From NCBI GenBank assembly GCA_963810095.1, contig CAWEMM010000009.1, positions 416,001 to 480,000 on the forward strand: a stretch of DNA of 64,000 bases. Reading direction: 5' to 3'. The notes under the pieces are model-generated. The model did not search any database and had not been told where the DNA came from. It was given only the letters and a program-made list of their open reading frames with translations. Shown here one piece after another: positions 27,990 to 36,892 of the stretch. How positions within the stretch are numbered: position 1 is the stretch's first letter; each line of letters begins with the position of its first letter. Origin of the DNA: an uncultured Chloroflexia bacterium (GTDB lineage Bacteria > Chloroflexota > Anaerolineae > CG2-30-64-16). The position numbers were made by a program, and so were the translations under genes.

Positions 27990-29093
27990 ATGATCAAGGT
28001 TTTTGAAGCACCTCGCAAGTATGTCCAGGGCGTGGGCGTGATGGCCGAGGCCGGCAGGTGGGTGGCTCCGCTGGGGAAGCGCGCGCTGATCGTGTGGGGC
28101 GCGACGGTCAAGCAGCAGGTCGGCGACACCCTTGTCGAGTCGCTGCTCGGCGCGGGCGTCGAGCCGATTTCGTACGAGTGTCGCGGCAACTGCACCCGCT
28201 CTCAGATTGCGGACGGCGTCGCGCTGGCCAAGGCCGAGCGCGCCGAAGTCGTCCTTGGCGTCGGCGGCGGCCGGTCCATCGACATGGCCAAAGCGATCGC
28301 CTGGGAGACGTGCAGCAAGGTCGTCTCCATCCCCACTGTCGCATCCAACGATGCCCCCACGAGCGCCGAAACGGTCTACTACACAGACGAGGGCGCGATG
28401 GACGGGTGGGGTGTTTGGCCCTACAACCCCGACGTCGTGTTGGTCGACACGCAGGTGGTCGTGGACGCACCGGTGGAATGGCTGGTGTCGGGCATGGGCG
28501 ATGCGGTCGCGACCTGGTTCGAGGCCGAGGCTGCGTACAAGGGCCGCCGCACGGCCATTGCGGGCGGCGTGTCCACCATCACAGCGCTTAAGCTGGCCGA
28601 GCTCTGCTACGACCTGCTGATGGAATACGGCGTGCAGGCCCGCCAGGACGCGGCCAACCACGTGGTCACCCCGGCCGTCGAGCGAATCGTGGAAGCCAAC
28701 ACCCTCCTTTCGGGTTTGGGCTTCGAGAGTTCGGGCGTGTGCACGGCCCACGCGGTGGCGAACGGGCTGACCGTCCGCAAGGAAACCGCCGGCTGCTCGC
28801 ACGGCCAGAAGGTTGCTTTTGGCCTGGCTGCCCAGCTCTGCCTGGACGAGGACATTACGCAGGCAGAGCGGCTCAAGGTCATCGACTGGATGGTGGCGGT
28901 GGGCTTGCCTGTCACCTTTGAAGAACTGGGCCTGGGGCACATCAGCCGCCAGGAAATCATGGACCTGGCGAGCCAGTTCGCCGGCGACGGCTCGATCGCG
29001 CATAACCACGTTCAGCAGGTCACGGCATTCGACATGTACAGCGCGCTCGTCGCGGCCGACTCGCTCGGCCACCAGCGACGCGCCTTGCAGTAA
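27990..29093 (+). CDS. gldA: Glycerol dehydrogenase family
   Basis: APRKYVQG, GVGGGRSID, PTVASNDAPTS, GMGDAVATWFEA, NTLLSGLGFES, HAVANG, HGQKVAFG. Confidence 0.88.
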   Translation: MIKVFEAPRKYVQGVGVMAEAGRWVAPLGKRALIVWGATVKQQVGDTLVESLLGAGVEPISYECRGNCTRSQIADGVALAKAERAEVVLGVGGGRSIDMAKAIAWETCSKVVSIPTVASNDAPTSAETVYYTDEGAMDGWGVWPYNPDVVLVDTQVVVDAPVEWLVSGMGDAVATWFEAEAAYKGRRTAIAGGVSTITALKLAELCYDLLMEYGVQARQDAANHVVTPAVERIVEANTLLSGLGFESSGVCTAHAVANGLTVRKETAGCSHGQKVAFGLAAQLCLDEDITQAERLKVIDWMVAVGLPVTFEELGLGHISRQEIMDLASQFAGDGSIAHNHVQQVTAFDMYSALVAADSLGHQRRALQ

Positions 29094-29153
29094 GCGCGTT
29101 CGGCTTGGCGCCGGGCACAGCCCCGTGCCAAGCCGAACAATACAGGAGGAAGA

Positions 29154-29474
29154 ATGGCACCAACACAGGTACAGATGACGGCGTTGGGGATGGTGGAGAC
29201 TCGCGGGCTCGTGGCCTCCATCGAGGCAGCCGACGCGATGAGCAAGGTCGCCTATGTCCGGCTCGTGGCGCAAGAGGAGATTGGGGGCGGATACGTCACC
29301 ATCTTCGTACGGGGCGAGGTGGGCGCGGTGCAGGCCGCAGTCGATGCCGGGGTGGCGGCTGCTAAGCGGGCCGGCGAGCTGGTGACGGCGCACGTGATCG
29401 CCAGGCCCCATGCGCTGGTCGAGAAGCTGCTGCCGACTGGCGAAACCAAAGTGGTTCGCGCGCTGGCAGACTGA
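29154..29474 (+). CDS. BMC-H hexameric shell protein (PduA/EutM/CcmK family)
   Basis: [39 protein letters not shown]. Confidence 0.95.
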   Translation: MAPTQVQMTALGMVETRGLVASIEAADAMSKVAYVRLVAQEEIGGGYVTIFVRGEVGAVQAAVDAGVAAAKRAGELVTAHVIARPHALVEKLLPTGETKVVRALAD

Positions 29475-29485
29475 GAGGCTGACTC

Positions 29486-30118
29486 ATGGACCTACGGACT
29501 TACGTGCTTATCGATTCCATGCAGCCGCAATATGCCGCATTGACAGGCATCCTGCTGCAGGGTGACACGCCGGTCGAGGGCATGGCGGAGATCTTCATGG
29601 AGCTTGCCCCTGCCAGCGACGTGTACGAAGTGCTCGACGCGGCGCTCAAGACCACCGACGTGCGCCCCGGCCTGCTCCGGGTAGAGCGCGAATACGGCAC
29701 GCTGGAAGTGCACGGGTTCTTCCAGGAAAACGTCAAGGTGGCCGGCCGCGAGGCGCTTGCCAAGTTCGGCCTGACCGAGGCGGACCGGTGGAAGCCGGAA
29801 GTCGTCTCTGTCAAGACCGTCACCGGGGTCGATCCCTGGGAGGCCCAGCTGGTGAACCAGGCCAGCCGCGGCGGCCTGCTGCTGAAGGGGCAGACGCTGT
29901 GCGTGATCGAGGTGGTGCCGGCGGCGTACGTCATGCTGGCGGCCAACGAGGCGGAAAAGGCTTCGAATATCACCCTCGTGCATTATCAGCCGGCGGGCAA
30001 GTTCGGCCGGCTCTACATCTCGGGCACCGAGTCTGCAGTACGGGTGGCGCGTGACGCGGCGGTAACGGCAGTCAACAGCCTGCCGGGCACTGTGCGGAGC
30101 GGCAAGGGCGCGGCCTAG
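29486..30118 (+). CDS. BMC-T permuted tandem-domain shell protein (CcmP/CsoS1D-like, BMC-Tdp)
   Basis: LRTYVLIDSMQPQ, VEREYGTLEVH, PAAYVMLAANEAEKA, FGRLYISG. Confidence 0.92.
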   Translation: MDLRTYVLIDSMQPQYAALTGILLQGDTPVEGMAEIFMELAPASDVYEVLDAALKTTDVRPGLLRVEREYGTLEVHGFFQENVKVAGREALAKFGLTEADRWKPEVVSVKTVTGVDPWEAQLVNQASRGGLLLKGQTLCVIEVVPAAYVMLAANEAEKASNITLVHYQPAGKFGRLYISGTESAVRVARDAAVTAVNSLPGTVRSGKGAA

Positions 30119-30174
30119 GCCGCACGCCAGCGTGGCTGGCGTTGGCGGAAGCGTCGACTCCGGAGGAGTCAATC

Positions 30175-30531
30175 GTGAAGACATTTATCACTGCTGAGGA
30201 CATCGAGACGCTGGCCGCTCAGGGCGTGCACGAGCTGACCGTGGATGAAGACACCGTGCTGACCGCCGTCGCTCGCGAGGCAGCGGCCCAGCGAGGGATC
30301 AGGCTGGTGGCGCCTGGCGCCAACAAGCCGGGTTTCTCTACTGCGGGCGAAGCCGGCGCGGAACCTGGTCTGGCTCCGGCGGCGGTGTCTGGCAAACCCA
30401 AAGGCTGCCAGCACGGCCCGCTCAGTGCGGGTGGCGGTGCGCCCCGCAGTGCAGCCGCGGCAGGCAGCCCGGTCGTGGACGAACTGATCGGCGCCGTCAA
30501 GCAGATGGCGCGTGTGCAGAGCACACGTTAG
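30175..30531 (+). CDS. BMC-associated small protein with a putative encapsulation peptide
   Basis: GGAGGAG RBS plus GTG; N-domain FITAEDI..VLTAVAREAA..RGIRL; Pro/Ala linker; C-terminal amphipathic VVDELIGAVKQM. Confidence 0.75.
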   Translation: MKTFITAEDIETLAAQGVHELTVDEDTVLTAVAREAAAQRGIRLVAPGANKPGFSTAGEAGAEPGLAPAAVSGKPKGCQHGPLSAGGGAPRSAAAAGSPVVDELIGAVKQMARVQSTR

Positions 30532-30562
30532 CGCTCCACGAGGCATAGACGGAGGCTTAAAC

Positions 30563-30865
30563 GTGATTATCGCAAAGGTCGTTGGCTCGGCCGTCGCTTC
30601 GATCAAGCTCGATGCGCTCCAATCCACCAAGCTCCTGGTAGTCCGTCCGGCGGACGCCCAGGGGAACGCAACCGGCGCGCCGCTGCTTGCAGTGGACCTG
30701 GTGGGTGCGGGCGAAGACGAGCTGGTCATGGTCAGCGAGGGCTCTTCGGCCCGGATGGCGTGTGCGGGCGCCCAGGGTAGTGATCGTTCGCCCGCCGACG
30801 CAGCCATTATCGGCATTCTTGATTCCCTGCGCTACTACGGGGATTTGGTTTACAGGAAGGCATGA
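30563..30865 (+). CDS. BMC-P pentameric vertex protein (EutN/CcmL family)
   Basis: AKVVGSAVASIK, KLLVV, AVDLVGAG, GSSAR, PADAAIIGILD. Confidence 0.95.
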   Translation: MIIAKVVGSAVASIKLDALQSTKLLVVRPADAQGNATGAPLLAVDLVGAGEDELVMVSEGSSARMACAGAQGSDRSPADAAIIGILDSLRYYGDLVYRKA

Positions 30866-30868
30866 CGC

Positions 30869-31186
30869 ATGACGCAACCGAATGACACCCAGACCGAGAT
30901 GGACCCGGGCATGCGGGCGCTCGGCATGATCGAAACCAAGGGACTGATCCCCTGCATCGAGGCCGCAGACGCCATGGTGAAGGCGGCGAACGTCAAGCTG
31001 CTTCAGCGCCGGGCGATCGGCGCGGGTTACATGACCGTGATGGTGCGTGGAGACGTGGGCGCGGTGCGGACTGCGCTGGAAGCGGGCAGCCAGGCCGCCC
31101 GGCGGTTGGGCCAGGTCGTTTCCGTGCGCATCTTGCCAAGTCCGCATCTGGATCTCGAGCAGATCCTGCCCGAGAGCGTGGAGTAA
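30869..31186 (+). CDS. BMC-H hexameric shell protein, second copy
   Basis: ALGMIETKGL, EAADAMVKAANV, RGDVGAV. Confidence 0.95.
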   Translation: MTQPNDTQTEMDPGMRALGMIETKGLIPCIEAADAMVKAANVKLLQRRAIGAGYMTVMVRGDVGAVRTALEAGSQAARRLGQVVSVRILPSPHLDLEQILPESVE

Positions 31187-31190
31187 GGTC

Positions 31191-32039
31191 GTGGCAACCC
31201 CTCACGTGACACCGTCGGCTCTGCGGGCCAAAAAGAACCGCGGTCAGAAGATCGTGATGCTGACCGCATACGACTTCCCGATGGCCTCGTTCATCGAGCA
31301 GGCGGGCGCGGACATCGTCTTGGTCAGCGACGCGGTCGGCACGGTGGGCAACGGTCGTGGCGAGGCGGTGTCGGTGTCGGTCGACGAGATGATCTACCAC
31401 ACGCGCTCGGTTCGCAACGGCTGCAAGCGCTGCATGGTCATCACGACGATGCCGTTCGCCTCGTACAACACGCCTGACGACGCGCTGCGCACGGCGTCCC
31501 GGCTGATGAAGGAAGGCGGCGCGGACGGCGTCCATCTCGAAGGAACGCGCCGCGAAGCCTGCTGGATCGGCGACATGACGGCCGCGGGGATTCCGGTCAT
31601 GGGCCACGTGGGCGTCACCAAGCAGAAGATCATCGCGACCGGTCGAATCAAGCTGCCGGGGCAGGACGCCGCGAGCGCACGGGAGATCATCGCCGACTCG
31701 GTCGAGATGGCGCGCCAGGGTGCGTTTGCGCTCGTGCTCGAGTGCCTGCCCGTGGCGCTGGGCCGGATCATCACCGGCAGCCTGGACATCCCGACCATCG
31801 GGATCGGTTCCGGGCCTGACTGCGACGGACAAGCGCTGGTGACACAGGACATGCTGGGACTGTTCAAGGAACTGTCGCCGCGCTTCCTGAAGGTCTATGC
31901 GGACCTGGCCGGTGTCACTGTCTCGGCGCTGACCCAGTTCCGCAAGGAAGTCGAAGGCGGAACCTTCCCGGCGCCCGAACACACGTATGCGATCGACGAA
32001 GGCGAGCTGCAGAAGCTGTTGTCTCAGCTACGCGGCTAG
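31191..32039 (+). CDS. panB: Ketopantoate hydroxymethyltransferase (PanB) paralogue with altered active site
   Basis: MLTAYD, MIYH, MPFASY, PVMGHVG, VLEC, PTIGIGSGPDCDGQ; deviations at canonical D84, K112 and S46. Confidence 0.8.
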   Translation: MATPHVTPSALRAKKNRGQKIVMLTAYDFPMASFIEQAGADIVLVSDAVGTVGNGRGEAVSVSVDEMIYHTRSVRNGCKRCMVITTMPFASYNTPDDALRTASRLMKEGGADGVHLEGTRREACWIGDMTAAGIPVMGHVGVTKQKIIATGRIKLPGQDAASAREIIADSVEMARQGAFALVLECLPVALGRIITGSLDIPTIGIGSGPDCDGQALVTQDMLGLFKELSPRFLKVYADLAGVTVSALTQFRKEVEGGTFPAPEHTYAIDEGELQKLLSQLRG

Positions 32040-32043
32040 GCGA

Positions 32044-32093
32044 GAAACCAGGTTTCGCCTCGGCTGAGCCGAGGGTGCAGAAACCCGGTTTCT
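32044..32093. repeat. AAACC(W)GGTTTC doublet with an internal hairpin
   Basis: GAAACCAGGTTTC-GCCTCGGCTGAGCCGAGGGTGC-AGAAACCCGGTTTCT. Confidence 0.7.
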
Positions 32094-32116
32094 GACGCAC
32101 GCAAGAGGAGGTTTTT

Positions 32117-32867
32117 ATGGCGGAATCTCTCAACGGGAAGGTGGCGGTCATCACGGGCGTGGGCTCCGGGTTCGGGAAGGCCACAGCCGAGTTGTTCGCC
32201 AGCAAGGACCAGGCCGGCCTGGTGCTGATCGACAGAAACGAGACAGCCCTCGCCGAAACCGCGGAGTGCTGCAAGGTCGCCGGCTCGAAGGTCGTGGCGA
32301 TTCAGGCGGACGTGACGAAGCCGGAAACTTTTGAGAAGGCGCTGGCCGCAGCGCTGGACAACTGGGGCAAGGTGGATTTCCTCATCAACTACGCCGGGCG
32401 GTGCGCTCAAGGTGGCGCCCATCGAGGAGATGGATGATGAGATCAACCGCAAGATCATCGACCTGAACCTCACCAGCGTGATCATGAGCTGCCGGACCTT
32501 CACCCCCCAATTCAAGAAGCAGGGTTTCGGCAAGATCATCAACGTCTCCAGCGCCTGCGACCGCCGGTGCTGGCAGGGTTGGTCGGTCTACTCGGCCGCC
32601 AAGGCCGCGGTGAACACGTTCACCAAGTGCCTGTACACGGAGCTCCGGCCGCACGGCGTTGCCGTCATGTTGCTCGTGCCCGGCGGCTCGAACACCGGCT
32701 TCCAGGCGGCTGCAGAGGGCGTGGGCAAGTTCGACTGGGACGAAGAGCTGGCCGTCCGGCCCGAGCACTTCGCCGACATGGTGTACCAGGCCTGCGCGCT
32801 CAGCAAAGGCGGCTGCGTGGTCGAGATGCTCGTCTATGGGCTGGCCCAGGATGTGAGCGGCTTCTAG
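32117..32867 (+). CDS. Short-chain dehydrogenase/reductase (+1 frameshift near 32397)
   Basis: TGVGSGFG, ADVT, INYAG, then IINVSS and YSAAK in the next frame. Confidence 0.88.
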
Positions 32868-33032
32868 CCAACGCGGAACCAGGAGGCGCGCTCGCCGGCA
32901 GACCACCCGTCCAAGCCTTGCCTCCACAGTGCGAGCTCCACTCTATCGCGGTTAGCGGGGATCGTCCCCGAGCAGTTGAGCGCCCAACCCGGCGCTCGAA
33001 AAGGTCTCTCAGCAAGACAGGAGGAGTCTCAA

Positions 33033-35183
33033 GTGAAGAAGCAGTTGTTCACCCTGTTGGGCGTGCTGGTCGTGATCAGCATGCTCCTCACGGCCTGCGG
33101 CGGCGCTGCGCCAGCGCCCGCGGCCGCCCCGACCGAGGCCCCGAAGGCCGCGCCGACCGCGGCCCCGGCCCCCACCGAGGCCCCGAAGGTCGAGGCCACG
33201 ACCGCCCCCGCGCCTGCGGCCGGCGAACTGAAGCCGGCGACGGACAAGCCGATGAAGATTGCGTTCTTCGTGTCTGACATGACGAACGTGTTCCACCAGG
33301 GTCAGGCGACCGAAGCGCAGAAGTACGCCAAGGATAAGTACGGGGCCGAGGTGTTCATCTTCGATGGCAAGTCCGACTCGGCGACGATGACGGCGAACGT
33401 GGATCAGATCATGGCCCAGGGCATGGATGCGGCGACGCTGCACATCTGGGACTATGAGACGGTCAAGCCGGCGGTCGAGGAGATGCTGAAGAAGGGCATC
33501 GTGCTGACGTCGTTCTTCAGCCCGTTGGGCGACAGCGGCATCCCGGTTGCGCGCTCGGACGAGAAGGGTGTCTCGTTTGAGATGGGTGCGCAGATGGCGA
33601 AGGAGTGGAAGGCGGCGCATCCCGACAAGCCGATCGTGATGATGCAGTTGGGTTGGCCGAACCACACCGAGGTGAAGTCGGGTCGTACGGATCCGTTCGT
33701 AGCGGGCGTGAAGTCGGTGGACCCGACGGCGACGGACCTGGGCTGCCAGGATGCGTCGAAGGGTGCGGATGCGGCGAAGCAGATCATCAAGGACATCGTG
33801 ACGCAGCATCCGGAAGTCAACCTGATCTACTCGGAAGCGTCGAACCTGACGGTTGGGACGATGGCCGGGCTGACCGAGGCGGGCCGCGGCAAGTACGCCG
33901 ATGGCAAGCCGCTGACGGAAATCGTGGCGTCGGTGGACTTCGACGAGTCGGAGTACAAGCAGGTCTACGACCCGAACAGCTCGCTGAAGTACTCGATGGG
34001 TCTGCCGCCCATCGAGACGGGCCAGGGCCGCATCGACCTGATCATGGACGTCGCCGCAGGCAAGCTGCCGATGGCCTCGCAGCCGGCTGCGGAAGAATTC
34101 TACAAGGCTTACAACGTCAACCACCTGACCATGCCGCAGGCGGATGCAGCCGCCTGGCTGAACAAGCAGTTCGGCACCAGCATCGCCGCACCTGCGGCTG
34201 CCGCACCTATGGCTGGCGACTTCAAGCCGGCGACGGACAAGCCGATGAAGATTGCGTTCTTCGTGTCTGACATGACGAACGTGTTCCACCAGGGCCAGGC
34301 GACCGAAGCGCAGAAGTACGCCAAGGATAAGTACGGGGCCGAGGTGTTCATCTTCGATGGCAAGTCCGATTCGGCGACGATGACGGCGAACGTGGATCAG
34401 ATCATGGCCCAGGGCATGGATGCGGCGACGCTGCACATCTGGGACTATGAGACGGTCAAGCCAGCGGTCGAGGAGATGCTGAAGAAGGGCATCGTGCTGA
34501 CGTCGTTCTTCAGCCCGTTGGGCGACAGCGGCATCCCGGTTGCGCGCTCGGACGAGAAGGGTGTCTCGTTCGAGATGGGTGCGCAGATGGCGAAGGAGTG
34601 GAAGGCGGCGCATCCCGACAAGCCGATCGTGATGATGCAGTTGGGTTGGCCGAACCACACCGAGGTGAAGTCGGGTCGTACGGATCCGTTCGTAGCGGGC
34701 GTGAAGTCGGTGGACCCGACGGCGACGGACCTGGGCTGCCAGGATGCGTCGAAGGGTGCGGATGCGGCGAAGCAGATCATCAAGGACATCGTGACGCAGC
34801 ATCCGGAAGTCAACCTGATCTACTCGGAAGCGTCGAACCTGACGGTTGGGACGATGGCCGGGCTGACCGAAGCGGGCCGCGGCAAGTACGCCGATGGCAA
34901 GCCGCTGACGGAAATCGTGGCGTCGGTGGACTTCGACGAGTCGGAGTACAAGCAGGTCTACGACCCGAACAGCTCGCTGAAGTACTCGATGGGTCTGCCG
35001 CCCATCGAGACGGGCCAGGGCCGCATCGACCTGATCATGGACGTCGCCGCAGGCAAGCTGCCGATGGCCTCGCAGCCGGCCTCGGAGGAGTTCTACAAGG
35101 CTTACAACGTCAACCACCTGACCATGCCGCAGGCGGATGCAGCCGCCTGGCTGAACAAGCAGTTCGGCACCAACATCAAGTAA
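33033..35183 (+). CDS. Sugar ABC substrate-binding lipoprotein with two near-identical binding domains
   Basis: GGAGGAG plus GTG; LLTAC lipobox; PTEAPK linker; RbsB-like domain present twice. Confidence 0.9.
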   Translation: MKKQLFTLLGVLVVISMLLTACGGAAPAPAAAPTEAPKAAPTAAPAPTEAPKVEATTAPAPAAGELKPATDKPMKIAFFVSDMTNVFHQGQATEAQKYAKDKYGAEVFIFDGKSDSATMTANVDQIMAQGMDAATLHIWDYETVKPAVEEMLKKGIVLTSFFSPLGDSGIPVARSDEKGVSFEMGAQMAKEWKAAHPDKPIVMMQLGWPNHTEVKSGRTDPFVAGVKSVDPTATDLGCQDASKGADAAKQIIKDIVTQHPEVNLIYSEASNLTVGTMAGLTEAGRGKYADGKPLTEIVASVDFDESEYKQVYDPNSSLKYSMGLPPIETGQGRIDLIMDVAAGKLPMASQPAAEEFYKAYNVNHLTMPQADAAAWLNKQFGTSIAAPAAAAPMAGDFKPATDKPMKIAFFVSDMTNVFHQGQATEAQKYAKDKYGAEVFIFDGKSDSATMTANVDQIMAQGMDAATLHIWDYETVKPAVEEMLKKGIVLTSFFSPLGDSGIPVARSDEKGVSFEMGAQMAKEWKAAHPDKPIVMMQLGWPNHTEVKSGRTDPFVAGVKSVDPTATDLGCQDASKGADAAKQIIKDIVTQHPEVNLIYSEASNLTVGTMAGLTEAGRGKYADGKPLTEIVASVDFDESEYKQVYDPNSSLKYSMGLPPIETGQGRIDLIMDVAAGKLPMASQPASEEFYKAYNVNHLTMPQADAAAWLNKQFGTNIK
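33231..35172 (+). repeat. Intragenic direct repeat, 2 x ~949 bp, period 993 bp
   Basis: 33231-34179 and 34224-35172 differ at only about 10 positions that I could see, mostly synonymous. Confidence 0.95.
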
Positions 35184-35200
35184 CGACCAGTTAGCACGCT

Positions 35201-35297
35201 TTGCCACGGAGAGCACAGAGGGCGCAGACGCGGCTGAGAGCGCAGCAACTCTCTGCCTCTCGCCCACCCTCTGAGACCTTTGTGATCTCTGTGGCAA
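35201..35297. repeat. 9-bp-periodic hairpin element, GCCACGGAGAGCACAGAG family
   Basis: TTGCCACGGAGAGCACAGAGGGCGCAGA...CTCTGAGACCTTTGTGATCTCTGTGGCAA. Confidence 0.7.
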
Positions 35298-35328
35298 CCT
35301 TGCATCCTGTCCCGGGAGGGGGCTTGGC

Positions 35329-36892
35329 ATGGAACTGACTGATAGTGGCTCGGGACGAGACAACGTTCTCGAAATTCGGGACCTGGTCAAGGAATTCCCC
35401 AGCGTGCGGGCGGTCAACAGTGTCAGTTTTGACATCAAGCGGAATACCGTTCACTGCCTCGTTGGCGAGAACGGCGCAGGGAAGAGTACGCTGATCAAGA
35501 TTCTGACAGGCGCATACCAGCGCACCAGCGGCAAGATCCTGCTGAACGGCGAAGAGTATGCGGCGGCCAGCACGAAGGAAGCCAAAGAGAAGGGCATCAG
35601 CACCCTGTTCCAGGAACTGAACGTGGTCGACCAGCTGACCGTGGAAGAAAATCTGACGCTGGGCATGGAGGACACCCGATTTGGGTTCCTGCGGAAGACC
35701 GACAAGATCAACAAGATCGTCAGCGTGATGAACAGCCTCGAGCCGTCCATCCGTCCGCAGCAGCTGGTTGCCGAGCTCAGCGTTGCGAAGAAGCAGATCG
35801 TGGAGATCGCCAAAGCGGTCGCCACCGAGTCGGACATTATCATCATGGACGAGCCGACCGCCGCCTTGTCCGAGGGCGAAATCGCCCGGCTCTTCAAGAT
35901 CATCCGCGGCTTGCGCGAACGCAATGTCACCGTGGTCTACATCTCGCACCGGCTCGACGAGATCTTCGAGCTCGGCGACTACGTCACGGTCATGCGCGAC
36001 GGCCGGCACATCGACACCAAGCCCATCTCCCAGGTCAAGGACCGGTCGGAGCTGATCAAGATGATGATCGGCCACACCGTCTTCGAGCAGTACACGCCGC
36101 GCATGCGGGACTGCGACGACCTGATCCTCGAGGTGCGCCACCTCTCCAATCACAAGCTCCAGGACGTCTCGTTCAGAGGTGCCCAAGGGCGAGATCGCCG
36201 GGTTCTACGGCCTGGTGGGTGCGGGCAAAACCGAGTTGGCCCGGGCCATTTACGGCGCGGACCCGTATACCGGGGACATCATTTTCAAGGGCAAAAAGCT
36301 GCCGCAGTCGCCCGACCGTGTTATCGAGGCGGGCATCGCATTGGTGCCCGAGGAGCGGCGCTCGCAGGGCCTCTTCACGTTGCTGACCATCCGGGGCAAC
36401 GTTCCGGTCATGAATATGAAGAAGATCTCGCGCGGCGGCTTCGTCAGCGGAGCCCACGAGCGCGAGGTCACGCTCGAATATATCGACAAGCTCAGGATTG
36501 CCACCAGCAGCATCGAGAAGGAAGCCGCGCAACTGTCGGGCGGCAACCAGCAGAAGGTGGTGCTCTCTAAGTGTCTTTTCGCCGATGCCGACCTGCTCAT
36601 GCTGGACGAACCCACCCGCGGCATCGACGTGGGCGCAAAGAGCGAGATCTACAGCATCATCCGCCAGCTTGCCGCCGACGGCAAGTCAATCCTGATCTTC
36701 TCCTCGGAGCTCCCCGAGGTCATGAACATCTGCGATACGATCTACCTGCTGTATGACGGGAGCCTAAAGGAGACGATTCGCAACGGCTGCGACGTCGACA
36801 GTGAGATGATCATGCATGCGGTGTCCGGCGTGGCAGACGCGGATGGCACGGCCACAGCTGCCGGCGCCATCAGGGCGACGGAGGGAGAATGA
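35329..36892 (+). CDS. Sugar ABC ATPase, RbsA/MglA-type tandem NBD (+1 frameshift near 36175)
   Basis: GENGAGKST, MDEPTAAL, YISHRL; second half VPEERR, LSGGNQQKV, DEPTRGIDVGAK. Confidence 0.92.

Noticed and set aside
29154-31186. Carboxysome, PDU, EUT or GRM assignment for the shell genes
   Set aside because: No RuBisCO, carbonic anhydrase, diol dehydratase, ethanolamine ammonia-lyase, glycyl-radical enzyme, AldDH or PduL in the window
2541-32039. coaBC and panB as one CoA-biosynthesis cluster
   Set aside because: They are 27 kb apart in different operons, and the panB copy lacks key canonical residues
33231-35172. Duplication as a pure assembly artefact
   Set aside because: The units differ mainly at synonymous positions and are joined by a unique in-frame linker; read confirmation is still desirable
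33009-35438. Long antisense ORFs (809 aa here; also 2520-4109, 6811-8691 and 40562-42268)
   Set aside because: Shadow frames of high-GC coding genes with no recognisable motifs
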